Source of the DNA: Cercozoa sp. M6MM
Lineage: Eukaryota; Protista; Endomyxa: Ascetosporea
Direction: 5' to 3' (one strand)
Length of the DNA stretch: 64,000 nt
Assembly: GCA_040357565.1 (NCBI GenBank)
Contig: JBDODJ010000046.1
Positions 63,601-64,000 of this stretch are shown here, in pieces (position 1 is the first letter of the stretch; each line of letters starts with the position of its first letter). Below the pieces are notes generated by a model that was not told the origin of the DNA, did no database searches, and saw only the letters and a list, made by a program, of their open reading frames with translations. The translations under genes and the position numbers were made by a program.

Positions 63601-64000
63601 ATGCCTATCGACCCCGCCTGTGAGTTATGAGTGTAGTGTGATATAATTTTCTTGTGTTTCTGATGGTGTCATTGTCGTAGCCGGCGCCGTGAAGAGCTTC
63701 GTGCAGGGCGTGCGCAGCCTTTTGCGCAGCGGCACTATTGAAGGCCGCGCCTCGCTGGTCGAGCTCATCGATGCTGAGGTGGGCTTCAACTTGCTGGGTC
63801 CGAATTGGCGTGGGCGTTGTCTTTCTGTACACCCTTGTGTCGACAGATCCCGCGTCTGAGCGAGACGTACTTCAAGGAGCGCGCCTGGCCCTCCGCCAAG
63901 GAGGTATGTTGTTTGACACACGGGAGGGGTAGGAGGTATGTGTGTGCATCCAGGTGTCGGATTGGCTCGACAAGGACACGCTTGTGGCCTTGCTGTACAA
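63601..64000 (+). CDS. EIF3L: Translation initiation factor eIF3 subunit L, 5' part
   Basis: Spliced MPIDPASGAVKSFVQ...IPRLSETYFKERAWPSAKEVSDWLDKDTLVALLY resembles the eIF3L N-terminal motif (KLTExYF..PWP..E....LLY). Confidence 0.75.

Noticed and set aside
63605-63921. Minus-strand ORFs at the window end
   Set aside because: Antisense shadows of the plus-strand eIF3L exons.
1-64000. Transposase, reverse transcriptase, tRNA or rRNA genes
   Set aside because: No recognisable motifs found by eye; a tRNAscan/Infernal/Dfam run would be needed to exclude divergent copies.

Overview
Eukaryotic nuclear DNA from an intron-rich protist that has flagellar genes. It uses the standard genetic code and GT-AG introns, and the scaffold contains N gaps. 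About 16 spliced genes were reconstructed by hand. In order: a partial protein kinase, an MFS-like transporter, an ankyrin-like protein, two hypothetical proteins, a complete ~4,400-aa axonemal outer-arm-type dynein heavy chain, an acylated Hpt phosphotransfer protein, a fascin-annexin fusion, prenyltransferase alpha, a BTB-MYND protein, condensin H (5' end in a gap), a bacterial-type SulP transporter (5' end in the same gap), TruD/Pus7, a DH-PH-fascin RhoGEF, a four-repeat CNGK-like channel, a Mic10-like protein and partial eIF3L. The most notable signals are: (1) 5' splice sites dominated by GTAC with near loss of +5G; (2) introns carrying a duplicated donor that encloses a 20-28 nt mini-intron; (3) a ~250-nt nested RNA structure downstream of the annexin gene; (4) a single-chain four-repeat K+-type channel with alternating pore filters; (5) two different fascin-domain fusions; (6) an acylated Hpt gene head-to-head with the dynein. 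All exon boundaries and family calls come from manual reading and motif recognition. No database search was run.
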